Of a stretch of DNA of 43,608 bases, positions 1-12,139 are shown piece by piece (the first letter of the stretch is position 1; every line of letters begins with the position of its first letter). Both the position numbers and the translations under genes were made by a program. This DNA is from Octopus sinensis (taxonomy: Eukaryota), in assembly GCF_006345805.1 (NCBI RefSeq), contig NW_021835032.1, positions 1 to 43,608 of the forward strand, read 5' to 3'. The notes under the pieces were generated by a model that made no database searches, was not told where the DNA came from, and saw only the letters and a list, made by a program, of their open reading frames with translations.

Positions 1-1904
1 ATACGTATGCAGAACATCATTATGTGAGGACGTATGAAGTGTGAACAACTTATCTAATCACGTGATTTCCATGAGATTGCCTTTCAATACTTTTGAAATG
101 ATTAATGTGTGAATGATTGCCTAGATTCAAGTGCATCTTTCTGTGATTCCTGCAAGATTCGCTGACTTCACATATATGCGTACCCACTCGTATGCATACA
201 TAGAAATAAACATATCAAATGGTTATACTTACATGTGAGTACAAAGGAGTAAATACTTTTCTCTAATCATTTTCGGTGGCTTGATCTTCCTACCCATTTG
301 TTCATCTTGGAGGCAATATTGGAACCATTGCATCGTTTGGAGACACAGAGCTGCACAAGGACCCAATTTGTGCTCATTTTCTGCTGAGTAATCTGTAGCA
401 ATTATTAAAAGAGGTACCTTCTGCAAAATACACAACAGGTCACCAGATCTAAGAATGGAAACCTCACAATTATTATCGTGAAGTGAGCGCACATATCGTT
501 AATGAAGTATTCGTAGCTATATGTGTCAATATACATGCTAGATGAACATTCTACCAAAGTATGTGGTATAAGATATTGATTCAGCCAGGAGCTGACTACT
601 TCAAGAATTTCGGTTCCCAGTCCAAATGGAGATTGTCAACAATTTATCGAAAATACAGTAATTTCACGTGATCGCATATTTTACCTATTAATACGATCAC
701 AAACACGAAATGTACTGTTGTCTGCATATGAACGTATATTTATACATATAACTAACAATATATATATATATATACATATATGTATTTATATATGTGTATA
801 TATATATATGTATATACATATATATATAGATATATACATATACATATATATATATATATATATTTATAAATAATATATATAATAAATATATATATGTATG
901 TATTATATATATGTGTGTGTATACACGTATATTTATGAGAGAATATATATCTGTATATGTGTGAATATACGTATATAAACGTATATATGTATGTGTCTTC
1001 ATACACGTAAATACGTGTATATATGCACATGTATAGGTGTATGATTTTATCTATATCCGTGGAATCATATGCTAGCACACACAAACACACGCTCACATGC
1101 TCATATACACACACATATATATATATCAATGTATGTATAGTCTCATGGAAATGAACTCTCCGTATTTGTTCATATGTGTGTTTGTATATATGTACGCTGT
1201 GTGCGTGAATGTTGTGTCGAAGTTAAATATATGCACATCCTGCAAAACATATTTGCAGTCTATGATATTGATTTAGCCAGAAGATGAAAACTTGAAGAAT
1301 CTTACTTGAAATGCAATAGAGCGCGAAATGCAAGTATCTGCCAGAATCTTGATATTCCGCCATGGCTACAAGCAGCTCATTAGTCTTTTCGGGTGAATGA
1401 CCTGTCGTGAGGAATGAGTTGAATTTGCTATAACCCCTCGTGGTTTTCTGATTTACATTCGCCAAATTGTGAATCTGCCCTCGAACGGGCCAACCTCTCA
1501 ACTGGATGAAGCATGATAAGAAAGAAAATCTGGTGTTATAGAGAGGGTGAGAAAGATTTGTGGGAGAAAGAGATATGAAGAGACAAATAAGTGAAGATAG
1601 CAAAGAGAATTTGAAGGATATTGAGAATGGAATAACGACTAATTATAGTGGGAAATCATATTATATACATATTTGGAAAGCTGCATAGATACACATATAC
1701 ATACATATGAACATAGAAACATTCGCTGATACAAACACAAATATACGTACATATATGTAAGTCTATATTTGTGCATACAGAATATATAATATGCTATACA
1801 TATGTTCTATACATATATGCGTGTATACTATATATCGATGAATACATATTGATTGCCTCATCTGTCACTTCGTCGAATAAGGATATAGCATGACTACTCG
1901 GCTC

Positions 1905-2510
1905 TCAGAGATCGATGTCTTGTAATGTGCAAATGGAGACCAATTTCGGTCTTTCTGAGCCTGTTGCAGATGTTGCAGTGGTAGCCACTGGTTCTACGCT
2001 GGGGCGTTTTCTTTTCCCTCAGAATATTAATCTGGCTGCCTCAAAGTCGGAAATGGATTGGAAGCATAAACGTCTCCACTGAAGGCATGAGAATGCTACC
2101 CATTCTCATGCTTTCAGGTTTGCATTGCAGATTTTGAAGCTGGCCCTTAGAAGCGCGCTTATTACACAAAACCAGACTGCTTTGGTGCTTGGTACAACTG
2201 ATTAGCTAACTACAAAAAAGGGCTGTCGGCAAATCGGTGTCTTCCATGCATAACACATAGCAAACACACACTCTGTTGTTTTCTGCTTAGTGCTTATATC
2301 TGCCAACCATTAAAGAAATTGTTATTTGCACCGTGTACATCCAGATTTGGAACGATTACTTGCAGACAAAACCAGCGGCTGATTTTAGGCTCAGAGTACC
2401 AGTAACATCCGGCTGGAGAGACTCAACCTGCCGAAACAGCAGTGCTCTCCAATACCGTGTACCAATGAGTCGGGTACATTAAACGCTCTATCGTCCTGCG
2501 ACTTACACTG
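1905..2510 (-). mobile_element. Decayed RTE-clade LINE, 3' part
   Basis: Hand translation of the minus strand gives broken RTE-type C-terminal motifs: IVPNLDV, MEDTDLPTALFCS*L, and a terminal C2H2-like finger GYHCNICNRLRKTEIGLHLHITRHR. Many stops and frameshifts; boundaries approximate. Confidence 0.65.
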
Positions 2511-2835
2511 CAGAGGATTGTATATTATGCGTTTATATAATCCGTGTCGTGTTTAGAATGAAAATACTGAAAGATAAATGATATTGTCTGTAGCGATTAC
2601 CTTTTGTTGTGTTCATGTATAATAGTATATTTCGCAGCACATGGAACAGTATACATAGATATTAATTTTACACGTGTTTCTAGGAGAATAAAGCAGCAAA
2701 CTACGTTACACTCTCTTAGAACTGGTTAGGTCCCCTGCGTACAAAAAAAAACATCGTAAATTTTATAATACACGTTTATGTGTGGGCGTATGTGTGTGTG
2801 TTTGTGAGTGTGCGCGATCTCGTTTCTCTTTTCTT

Positions 2836-3059
2836 CTTTTTACTTTTACTTGTTTCAGTCATTTTACTGTGGCCATGCTGGAGCATCGCTCTCCAGTTGC
2901 GCAAATCGACCCTAGGACTTATTCTTTGTAAGCCTAGTACTTATTCTATTGGTCTCTTTTGCCGAACCGCTATGTTACGGGGACGTAAACACACCAGCAT
3001 CGGTTGTCAAGCGATGTTGGAGGGACAAATACAGTCACACAAACATATAAACACACACG

Positions 3060-3111
<52 letters not shown>

Positions 3112-3281
3112 CATATATACGATGGGCTTATTTCAATTTCCCTCTACCAAATCCACTCACAAGTCTTTGGTCGGCCTGAGGCTATAGTAGAAGACACTTG
3201 CCCAAGGTGCCACACAGTAGACTGAACCCAGACCCATGAGGTTCGTAAACAAGCTACTTACCTCACGGCCACTCCTACGAC
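2836..3281 (-). mobile_element. tRNA-derived SINE, family A (internal microsatellite, GTAAAA-type tail)
   Basis: Near-identical organisation to copies at 19862, 34283, 34694 and 37573: pol III-like head, central (TA)n(TG)n tract, and a tail matching the family pattern GCTCCAGCATGGCC..CAGT..AATGACTGAAACAAGTAAAAG. Confidence 0.9.
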
Positions 3282-4279
3282 TAAATGATAAACTGATGAT
3301 AAGAAGCGCACTAAAAAATAGTTAACTGTGTATTCAGAGATCGGTGGTATCAGTCTCCGTTATATATATGAAATGGCGGTTGAACAAATTAAAGCAATAT
3401 CAAAAGATCAGACAAAACAAAGGCAATAATTCAAAATGTCAAATAATACCTGCTCTGAATTCAGAGAAAGTTCGTTGGTAGTGATCTAAAGTTGAACTTA
3501 CCAGCCTAGAAACATTTTGAGACAGTTAACTCATTTTTTCTACTTGGTTCGTGTCACAACCAGACAAGGTGTTTGTAAATTGAGTCTTTGTAATAATCTG
3601 GCAACTGCTAATGTATTTTAATTTTACAGTAACGTGAAGAGAATCTATAAATTCGTGTCTAGATTTCTCTAATAAGACTATCACAATTCTTGGCACATTT
3701 CACGAAAAATTTGGCAGGCTGAATGATGGAACATTTTATTAATATAATATTTCAAATCATCTCTTTTAATAATCAAATAAGTTTCGCGAAAGACACCAAC
3801 TTTATTCTGTCTAGGCTGTTACAACATAGCTGCTGTTTGGCATATAATGGCTTTTAAATACTTTGGATTTATATGTTAATTCGCTTTGTATTTGCTACAT
3901 CTCAATAAACAATGCATGCCATTTAATACATTCAATTAGGTATACGCTACTACACTAATCTGTAAACGGATAAATGATTAGATCACTTCAATGCCGATGC
4001 TCTCAGTTTTCAAACTGTGTTGCACTTGAGATCAAATATTAAATTTTTGGCGCATTTCAATCGGAAATTTGAAAAGAGGGCTACGTTTAATGCTAACAAT
4101 TAAAGGGGGGAAAAGTATATTCATTTAATTGTCATACTTGTCTCTGACGAATTTCCGAAGAAATTTCACAATCACGCAAACATTAGTAGAGTTATACGAA
4201 CGTCTTGAGTTGCTTTTTCAAAAACAAATGGTGTACATATACGCATACGCAAACACACACACAAACACATTGATATATA

Positions 4280-4327
<48 letters not shown>

Positions 4328-4334
4328 GATATGT

Positions 4335-4388
4335 GTCGGGTGATTCTCCAGCTTGGCTGCAGTCAAATGACTGAAACAAGTAAAAAAT
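4335..4388 (+). mobile_element. SINE family A tail fragment
   Basis: CTCCAGCTTGGCTGCAGTCAAATGACTGAAACAAGTAAAA matches the family A 3' end. Confidence 0.75.
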
Positions 4389-4497
4389 ATATATATATAT
4401 ACTATATATATATATATATATAATATATATAAAAAAATGTTTTTTTTGCAACAAGATGCTTAAACCATATACCTTTGTCTGTATATATATATATATA

Positions 4498-4864
4498 CTA
4501 GCAGTATCGCCCGGCGTTGCTCGGGTTTGTAAGGGAAATAACTATAAAGCATTTTTAGAGAGTTATAGCCAAAAAATGGAAAAAAAATTATGGTAATTTT
4601 TTTTTAGTTAAAAAGGTCGAGTTGCGTCCCCTAGACAGTCTGTGGTTTGTGTTTCTTCTGATTCTCGACCCCATGTCGAATTATCGATTTTTTTCAGAAC
4701 TGGGGGACTTTTCAAAATTTCGCTGCGTTAGTTTTGAATTATGACATTGGGCTATGTGTGTGTCAAGTTTCATCAGAATCGGTTGAAAGCCGTGGTCAGG
4801 GTGAGGTACAACCTGACAGACACACAGAAACACACACAGACAAACTGCCGTTTATATATATAGA
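4498..4864 (-). mobile_element. Non-autonomous Helitron (about 367 bp)
   Basis: Minus strand starts TC(TATATATATAAA) and ends with the GC-rich hairpin CCCGAGCAACGCCGGG followed shortly by CTAG. Inserted between A and T with no TSD, which are canonical Helitron termini. Confidence 0.85.
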
Positions 4865-5007
4865 TATATATATATATATTTATATATTCCTGGATACATG
4901 TACTATAGTGTCCATGTATGTGTGCTTCATTTTAATATTTGTATGTGGTTGTGCCTTAAAACACACACACACACACACCACACACACACACACATATATA
5001 TATATAT

Positions 5008-5388
5008 AGGCCGTGGGTAGCGATTTTCTTCACTACTTCAGGGAGTGACGAGCCTGACTGTCACGAGCCCCGGGCTCAGCTGGCTTTGCCTGAAAGTATC
5101 CGATATGGGCCCCTGTCCAGGATTATGGAAATGCGACAACCTTCATATAAGTCTGAAGTGTGCCCCGTAGGAGGGTTAGTGTTCGACTCGACACTCTTCC
5201 GCAGCTCCTGCAACCAAGCTGGTGCCAAACGTAATGCTCTGCACTCATTAGAGTCACGCCAGCAATGTCGAGAGAGGAATCCAGGCCTGCGCAAAACTGG
5301 AGAGGACATAAAATATAAAAACCAGACTGGATTAGTTTATGCGCAACTCCATTGTCGCCCGAGACAAAAGGATGCCAACAACAACAAT
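5008..5388 (+). mobile_element. GC-richer non-coding interspersed element ending in (CAA)n, probably an RTE-related non-autonomous retroelement
   Basis: Sharp composition change between microsatellites. The 3' end GTCGCCCGAGACAAAAGGATGCCAACAACAACAA resembles the family B SINE tail GTCGTAACCGACGGAGTGCCAACAA. Family assignment is inference. Confidence 0.45.
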
Positions 5389-5453
5389 ATAAATAGACAT
5401 ATACACATAAATGCAAACGCACACCCAAACACACACAAACACACAGATATTTA

Positions 5454-5499
<46 letters not shown>

Positions 5500-5519
5500 C
5501 ATACATATGTTTGTGTGTG

Positions 5520-5710
5520 TGTGTTTGACCACGCAACATCCCTTGACAATCGATGCTGGTGTGCTAACGTCCTCATAAATTAGGAGATCGGCAAAAAGAG
5601 ATTGATAGAATAAGAACTAGGCTTAAAAAAGAATAATTCCTGGGGTCGATTTGCTCGACTAAAGGCGATGCTCCAGCATAGCCGCAGTCGAATAACTGAA
5701 ACAATAAAAA
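5520..5710 (+). mobile_element. SINE family A, 3' half
   Basis: TTGACAATCGATGCTGGTGTG...CCTGGGGTCGATTTGCTCGACTAAAGGCGATGCTCCAGCA matches other copies. Confidence 0.85.
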
Positions 5711-6573
5711 AAATTGTTTATTTTATTTTGTTAACGTATGAAAAGTTAAGTTTCCAGTTGTTTACTGCATAGATTAAGGAACAATTTACTAGCTGCACAC
5801 TTGGCAGGTGCATATCTGTTCAATTTCGAAAATAAAAAAATAATTATATTAAATTGCACCGAGTACCAACGATTGTTCTTTTTCGTGGTTGTGTAGCGTG
5901 TTATTTTATGTATATTCGCAGCAGCTTTGCGTTTTCGACGGTTCGTTCCAAGAGAGAGAAAGCTCGCGCTCTATGATTTGGTTTCTGCGTTTTTAGATGT
6001 GTTTGTATGGTCTGGGTAATTCGAAATCTATGTCAATCATCTTGGCTGTTGAAGGTCGCAGTTAATGCTGCACGAGGTTAACTTTTGCCGGAAATAGCCA
6101 TTACCAAGGTATATACTACGTTATATGTACAAAAAAGAACATATACGTACATACATATATACTCATATATATATTTATTTTGCTCGTGCGCGCCTGTGCG
6201 TTGTATAGAATTTAAACCTGTCTTCTCAGGTGCATTTAGCGAAATATGCACTCTTGTCTGAGTGGATTGACTGGGATGTTATTATGTGTAGGTATATAGA
6301 TACATATAAGCACGCACGGGCGCATACACACACACACACATATATATATATATATGTGTGTGTGTTTACACACGTAGAAGCATCAATAAATACGTGAATA
6401 AATACATATATGTATACATATGTACATGCATATAATACATATAATATAATATATATATATATACATATATATATATGTATATATATATATGTATATACAT
6501 ATATATATATAATAATATATATATATATATATAACATACACATTCGTGCATACGCACGCACACACACACACAT

Positions 6574-6627
<54 letters not shown>

Positions 6628-7057
6628 GTCTTACGCGCAAACAAAATTGATGCATATCACATATTCCACTGTCTGCGTAGGGTTCCAACCTCACAAAAGA
6701 CACATCCTACAGAATAATTTTCACAAACATACATATGCTCTCTCCAAAACATACACAACACACATTAAAGTAAAGATAGCTATCAACATAATCATGAACT
6801 CGCAGACACATATAAATACATAGAGACACACAGAGACGTCAGAAAGAGGAGAAAATATCAAAAAAAAAAAAGAAAAGAAAAAAGATATAGAAATACATGA
6901 ATCAATAAGGAAGTATGCAATGTCTCTAAAATGTCCAATCTACTCAGAAGAAAAAGTTCTGAAAATACAGTTTGAGAAACGCATTGGAGAGAGATAATCA
7001 TTATTGACACTTTGGAGACTAGGGTAGTGCTGCAACATGACAAGCTTCGGGATGAGA

Positions 7058-7068
7058 AATTATATATG

Positions 7069-7131
<63 letters not shown>

Positions 7132-7136
7132 TATAC

Positions 7137-7191
<55 letters not shown>

Positions 7192-7442
7192 ATACACCTA
7201 TATATGTATATATATATTATATCTACATATATATATATATATATAATTATATATATATATATATATACACGAATAATTGTATATTTGTGTAAGTATATAT
7301 TATATATAATTGTCACAATAGATGTATGTAAATATATATATATAAATATAGATATATATATATATATATATAAACATATATATATGTTATGTAATATGTA
7401 TATATACATACATTATATATATTCATATATCATACATAATAT

Positions 7443-7473
<31 letters not shown>

Positions 7474-7525
7474 GTATATGTATATATGTATATATACATA
7501 CATATATATATCTTCATATCATACA

Positions 7526-7564
<39 letters not shown>

Positions 7565-7670
7565 CATACCCAAAGACACACTGCGTTCTGCAGCTAAGCA
7601 TTTAGGCGCACGCGCATATGTATGTATGTATGTACTATGTATGTATGTATGTATGTACGTATGTATGTCA
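7058..7670. repeat. Degenerate (TA)n/(TATG)n microsatellite tract (similar tracts near 740-1000, 6330-6625, 23310-23640, 30950-31280, 38530-38850)
   Basis: Directly visible; source of the IYIYIY ORFs. Confidence 0.95.
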
Positions 7671-8494
7671 TTATTCAGTTTATTTCAAGATTTTTTGCCA
7701 ATAGCAAAAAACGTTTTCTAACCTATATTCAAGGCTCTTTCATTGGAATTTCAACATTAACAACAGCTTATTTTCATATGTATGAATGTATATATGCATG
7801 TGTGTATATGCAGATGTCTATGTTTTATGTATGTATTCTCCTTCATAGGCATGCTCATATATACTTAATTCTTAAACTTCATGGAAGTTTTACAGATTTT
7901 TACGCTTCCTGTGACGGATTGTATCAGTAGTCTTCTATTTAGCTTCCTTCTTTCTGGTTTTGAGAAGCCCTGTTTCTCAAGATTGGTATTTAGAGAATGT
8001 GTTACAGATCCCAAGACCCCAATAATTGCAGGTATATACTTGAACTTGTAATCTGGATAGAGTAACTGTATGTATATACGTATGCATGTATGTATTACGT
8101 ATGTATGCACGTATGTATCTATGTGTATGTAGTTATGTATTTATATATGCATGCATGTGTATGTGAGTATGTGTATACATGTATACGGCCAAGTAGATAT
8201 ATAATTGATAAAGAAATGCACACGTCAGTCGTTTAGGTACGTTAACATTTCGCACGTACAACATACACACACACACATCATTAAATATTAATCTACGCAT
8301 CCTTAAATGTCAAGTTAATATATATTTGCCGTATTATTTCAGTCATTATATACATTATATACAGTGAATATACAAATATAATTCTAATTATCTAAATTTT
8401 AACTAACTATCTTTATTATTATCTAAATTTTATTAATACAGCATCGTTTCTTAGAAACTAACAGCTGAAGTTAGAAGTTAGTGTAATCTTTAGT

Positions 8495-8854
8495 GTGGAG
8501 GCGCAATGGCCCAGTGGTTAGGGCAGCGGACTCGAGGTTGTAGGATCGCGGTTTCGATTCCCAGACCGAGCGTTGTGAGAGTTTATTGAGCGAAAACACC
8601 TAGAGCTCTACGAGGCTCCGGCAGTAGGTGGTGATACACCTTGCTATACTCTTTCACATAACTTTCTGCTGTCCCTGTATTTCAAGGGGTCAACCTTATC
8701 ACAATCTGTGTCATGCTGAATCTCCCCGAGAGCTACGTTAAGCGTACACGTGTCTCTGGAGTACTCAGTCACTTGCACGTTAATTTCACGAGCAGGCTGT
8801 TCCGTTGATTGAAACAACTGGAAACCTCATCGTCGTAACCGACGGAGTGCCAAC
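8495..8854 (+). mobile_element. tRNA-derived SINE, family B, full length with TSD
   Basis: A-box TGGCCCAGTGG and B-box-like GTTTCGATTCC. Homologous heads at 28946 and 39810. Flanking direct repeat AATCTTTAGT (8485-8494) / AATCGTTAGT (8855-8864). Confidence 0.9.
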
Positions 8855-9013
8855 AATCGTTAGTTCAGCAAAGATATCCCTGAATGTAAAGCACATCGTA
8901 GGATGTTAAAGCGAGCATGTAGTCGGTAAGTATATTGGTGTTCATTATTCATTAAACGGAAGACGGTAATTGTTTATCCCTAACTCTGTCCACAAAGAGT
9001 CATAGGAGTGTAT

Positions 9014-9305
9014 TTTCTTTTATCTTTTACTGGTTTCAGCCTAGAGCTGAGGTCATGTTGGTGTACCACCTGTAGTTACTCGGTGTTCTTTGTGGTATTG
9101 TCTTTGGTGAAGTAGCGAGTTGGACGGAGCTGCTCTTCTTTGTGTCTCCTGCCGCGATGTGGGTTCATCTGATATCTCAGATAGAAACCTGTCCAGACGT
9201 TCCTTGAAAACTGCCAAATCAACACCATGTAGATTTCTAAGGCTGCCTGGGGGGATGTTGAACAATTGCGACCCCTTGAATCCTAGACGGTTGCAGTAAT
9301 GTGCC
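9014..9305 (-). mobile_element. 5'-truncated CR1/L2-group LINE 3' end (ORF2 C-terminus plus tail)
   Basis: HYCNRLGFKGSQLFNIPP..FKERLDRFLSEISDEP..NSLLHQ aligns by eye with the C-terminus of the RT ORF at 15521-16750 (HNYFTSIGPALFNITP..FKKSLDKFLQTVPDKP..NSLLEW). Confidence 0.85.
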
Positions 9306-10470
9306 TTTTTTTTTCTTTTACTGAAGGTATTAAACATAATATTATAAATTACAGTGCAACATTCTATTACCGCTACTTATAGCGGGAATATAATTGGTTT
9401 CACCGTAGAACGTGTCTTTTGGTCCAGTTGCCAGGTTCTTAGTAAAAATAATTATATATTTACTTCTACAATATGTCCTAAATAAGTTGGTGCTAAGAAT
9501 TAAAGCATGTACAGACAGTCTCTTCGATATTCTTAGCGAGAAACTGAACCAAATATTTGATACGTCCGATGGCAAATAAGGAAGTAACATATTCACATAT
9601 ACGGAGACGCGTAAATATCTCATTCACAAACATACACGCACGAACACGCATACACCTATGCGCGCGCCAACACAGTGACTCATACACATATACGTAGCTA
9701 AATTTTTAAAAAACCGTACGTTTATTTAGCAAGTATTTGTAATGCTATATGTAGGAGACAGACACACATACCTTTCGACTATATACATACATACATATAT
9801 ACACACATACATTTATATATATATAATACGAGAAATACGTCCCCACGTCCAATGGACGGTACTGAGTTGTCCCATATACCTTCCCTTTGAGAAACACTGA
9901 TTTAACCTGAATTTGAGGCACAAGCAAAAGAAGAAATAAAGATAGACTTTTTTCTATTCAAAAGAAAAATGCACGTTCCCACGGCTTTATCGATCGCATT
10001 CTCACCTGGAATCGATTTTTATAATTTTTTTCAAGACTGATACACGCCTTGATACCGTCGGTATATACATATCAAATTTGAGTGCAGTCGGATGGCGGAT
10101 GCCCGAGATCCAAAAGACACATACACAGACAGACAGAACAGATTTTATTTAAGAGATATATACACATATATATATATATATATATGTACTTATAAATAAG
10201 TTCGCTATTTCTATATTGAATCAATTTCGGAATTAATCTCATAATATATTCTTTCCTCTTCAGTAGAACATACGAAAGGATATAAATAAGATACTTACAT
10301 GCGCCCATGGAAAAAAGCCGAAGCAAAAATCACGTGTACATAAAAGTACCCCAGATATATCTAAGAATAAAATTCTTTGGGCAGCCTCAGCACAACGTGT
10401 TGACTGTTCTCCACTACAGGTTATAGTGGTTACCAGTCCTTTTAGCGAGCAGTAATAAGTCTACTACAAA

Positions 10471-10896
10471 TATAGGATGAAGTTTTTTTACAGAAAAACA
10501 ATTTTATCAAAAAATGTGGCATTGCATTAAAATACCATTAAGGTTAAAATTATAAACAACTTATCTTATTTATATCCTTTCGTATTTTCTACTGAATAGC
10601 AAAAAATCTATTATGAGATTAATTCCGAAATTGATTCAATATAGAATTAACGAACATTTAAAAAAAATTCTATCGGCCGGCTTTCCCCGATTTCAGCTCT
10701 TCGTGTTTTTTTTTCTGTAGCGAGTAAATAATATGTGGAAATTGACGATTTAAAAGTCTGTTATCAGCATATTGGCATTGATGTAATTTTCTTTAGCCCT
10801 TATTTATAAGTTGTTTATAATTTTAACATTAAAGGTATTTTAATATGCTGCCACACTTTTTGATGGAATTTTTTTTGTAAAAAACATCATCCTATA
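10471..10896. mobile_element. Fold-back/MITE-like element with about 90-bp terminal inverted repeats
   Basis: 10471-10564 (TATAGGATGA...TTATAAACAACTTAT) is the imperfect reverse complement of 10806-10896. Confidence 0.6.
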
Positions 10897-10902
10897 TTAG
10901 TA

Positions 10903-11311
<409 letters not shown>

Positions 11312-11719
11312 TATGCAGATTAAAAAAAAACAATGTATCTATTTATCAATCCATCTCCCCTCCTCCCTCTCTCTCTCTCTATCTCCCTCTCTCTGTCTCC
11401 CTATATGTAGAGAGAGAGATGCAGCACAGAATTTCGTCAGTGAACAGGTCGCAGTCCCAAAGCGACGAAAATATTTTGACAAATTAAATTTGATGGTTGA
11501 AGTGAATCTAACGGTTTTTGTGTGTTCTTAAATGGCTTATAAACACTTTCCACGCTGCAATGGCTTATAAACATTGTTTTCGTTCCAGCACACGATCTCA
11601 GATAAGGTCACTTGCTATGCAAGTACATCTGTAATACATGTGTATCTGACATGACTTCCTTCAAATGTAGACGGCATTTTCTGTTGCTCCTTCGCCGTTC
11701 TCAAAAATAAGCCGTTCGG

Positions 11720-12070
11720 CTTAACAGCCCTTCTTGTCTCGTTATTCTCCTTGTCCTGTCTTTTACTGTTTATATTTTGTACTGTCGTTACTGTCCTGGT
11801 TTGTTACCATTTTTACCCCTCCGCAAAAATATATCAAATTTTATTTAATTTGCTTTTCGCGGGAAGGAAAATTTTAATCGAAGATGCGTCTCGCCTTCAC
11901 CTTCGAAACGCAGGGTAGATGAAACCATGGCGACTGAAGAAGGGGAATTTTCCTTGTGTTATTTGTCCTGTACTCTATTCGTTGTTTAAGAAAAATGTCC
12001 AGTTTCTTGGTTTTGTGTTTTTGTTTTCGTTTCTCATTGTGTTCGACGTTATTTTGGTGTCCTGTACCCA
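11720..12070 (+). mobile_element. Penelope-like terminal repeat (pLTR)
   Basis: T-rich repeat ending GTCCTGTACCCA next to a TA/TG tract, immediately upstream of a GIY-YIG fragment. Homologous inverted copy at 18320-18500. Contains hammerhead core motifs. Left boundary uncertain. Confidence 0.65.
11885..11945 (+). ncRNA. Putative non-circularly permuted hammerhead ribozyme
   Basis: Strand order TGCGT-C-TCGCC / CTTC-GAAA-CGCA / GGCGA-CTGAAGA-A-GGGG. Stem III (TGCGT:ACGCA) and stem I (TCGCC:GGCGA) are perfect 5-bp helices. Stem II GGGG:CTTC has two G-U pairs. GUC cleavage triplet. Confidence 0.6.
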
Positions 12071-12139
12071 TATATGCATGTATATATAGAGGTAGGTACG
12101 TACATATATGTATGTATATATGCATATGTTTTATTTTAT

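Noticed and set aside
5086-5583. 165-aa ORF as a host gene
   Set aside because: Non-ATG start, spans an interspersed repeat, a microsatellite and a SINE; no recognisable domain.
8495-8570. tRNA-like sequences (also at 18964, 28946, 34283, 39810)
   Set aside because: They have A/B boxes but continue into shared SINE bodies, two with clear TSDs; these are SINE heads, not tRNA genes.
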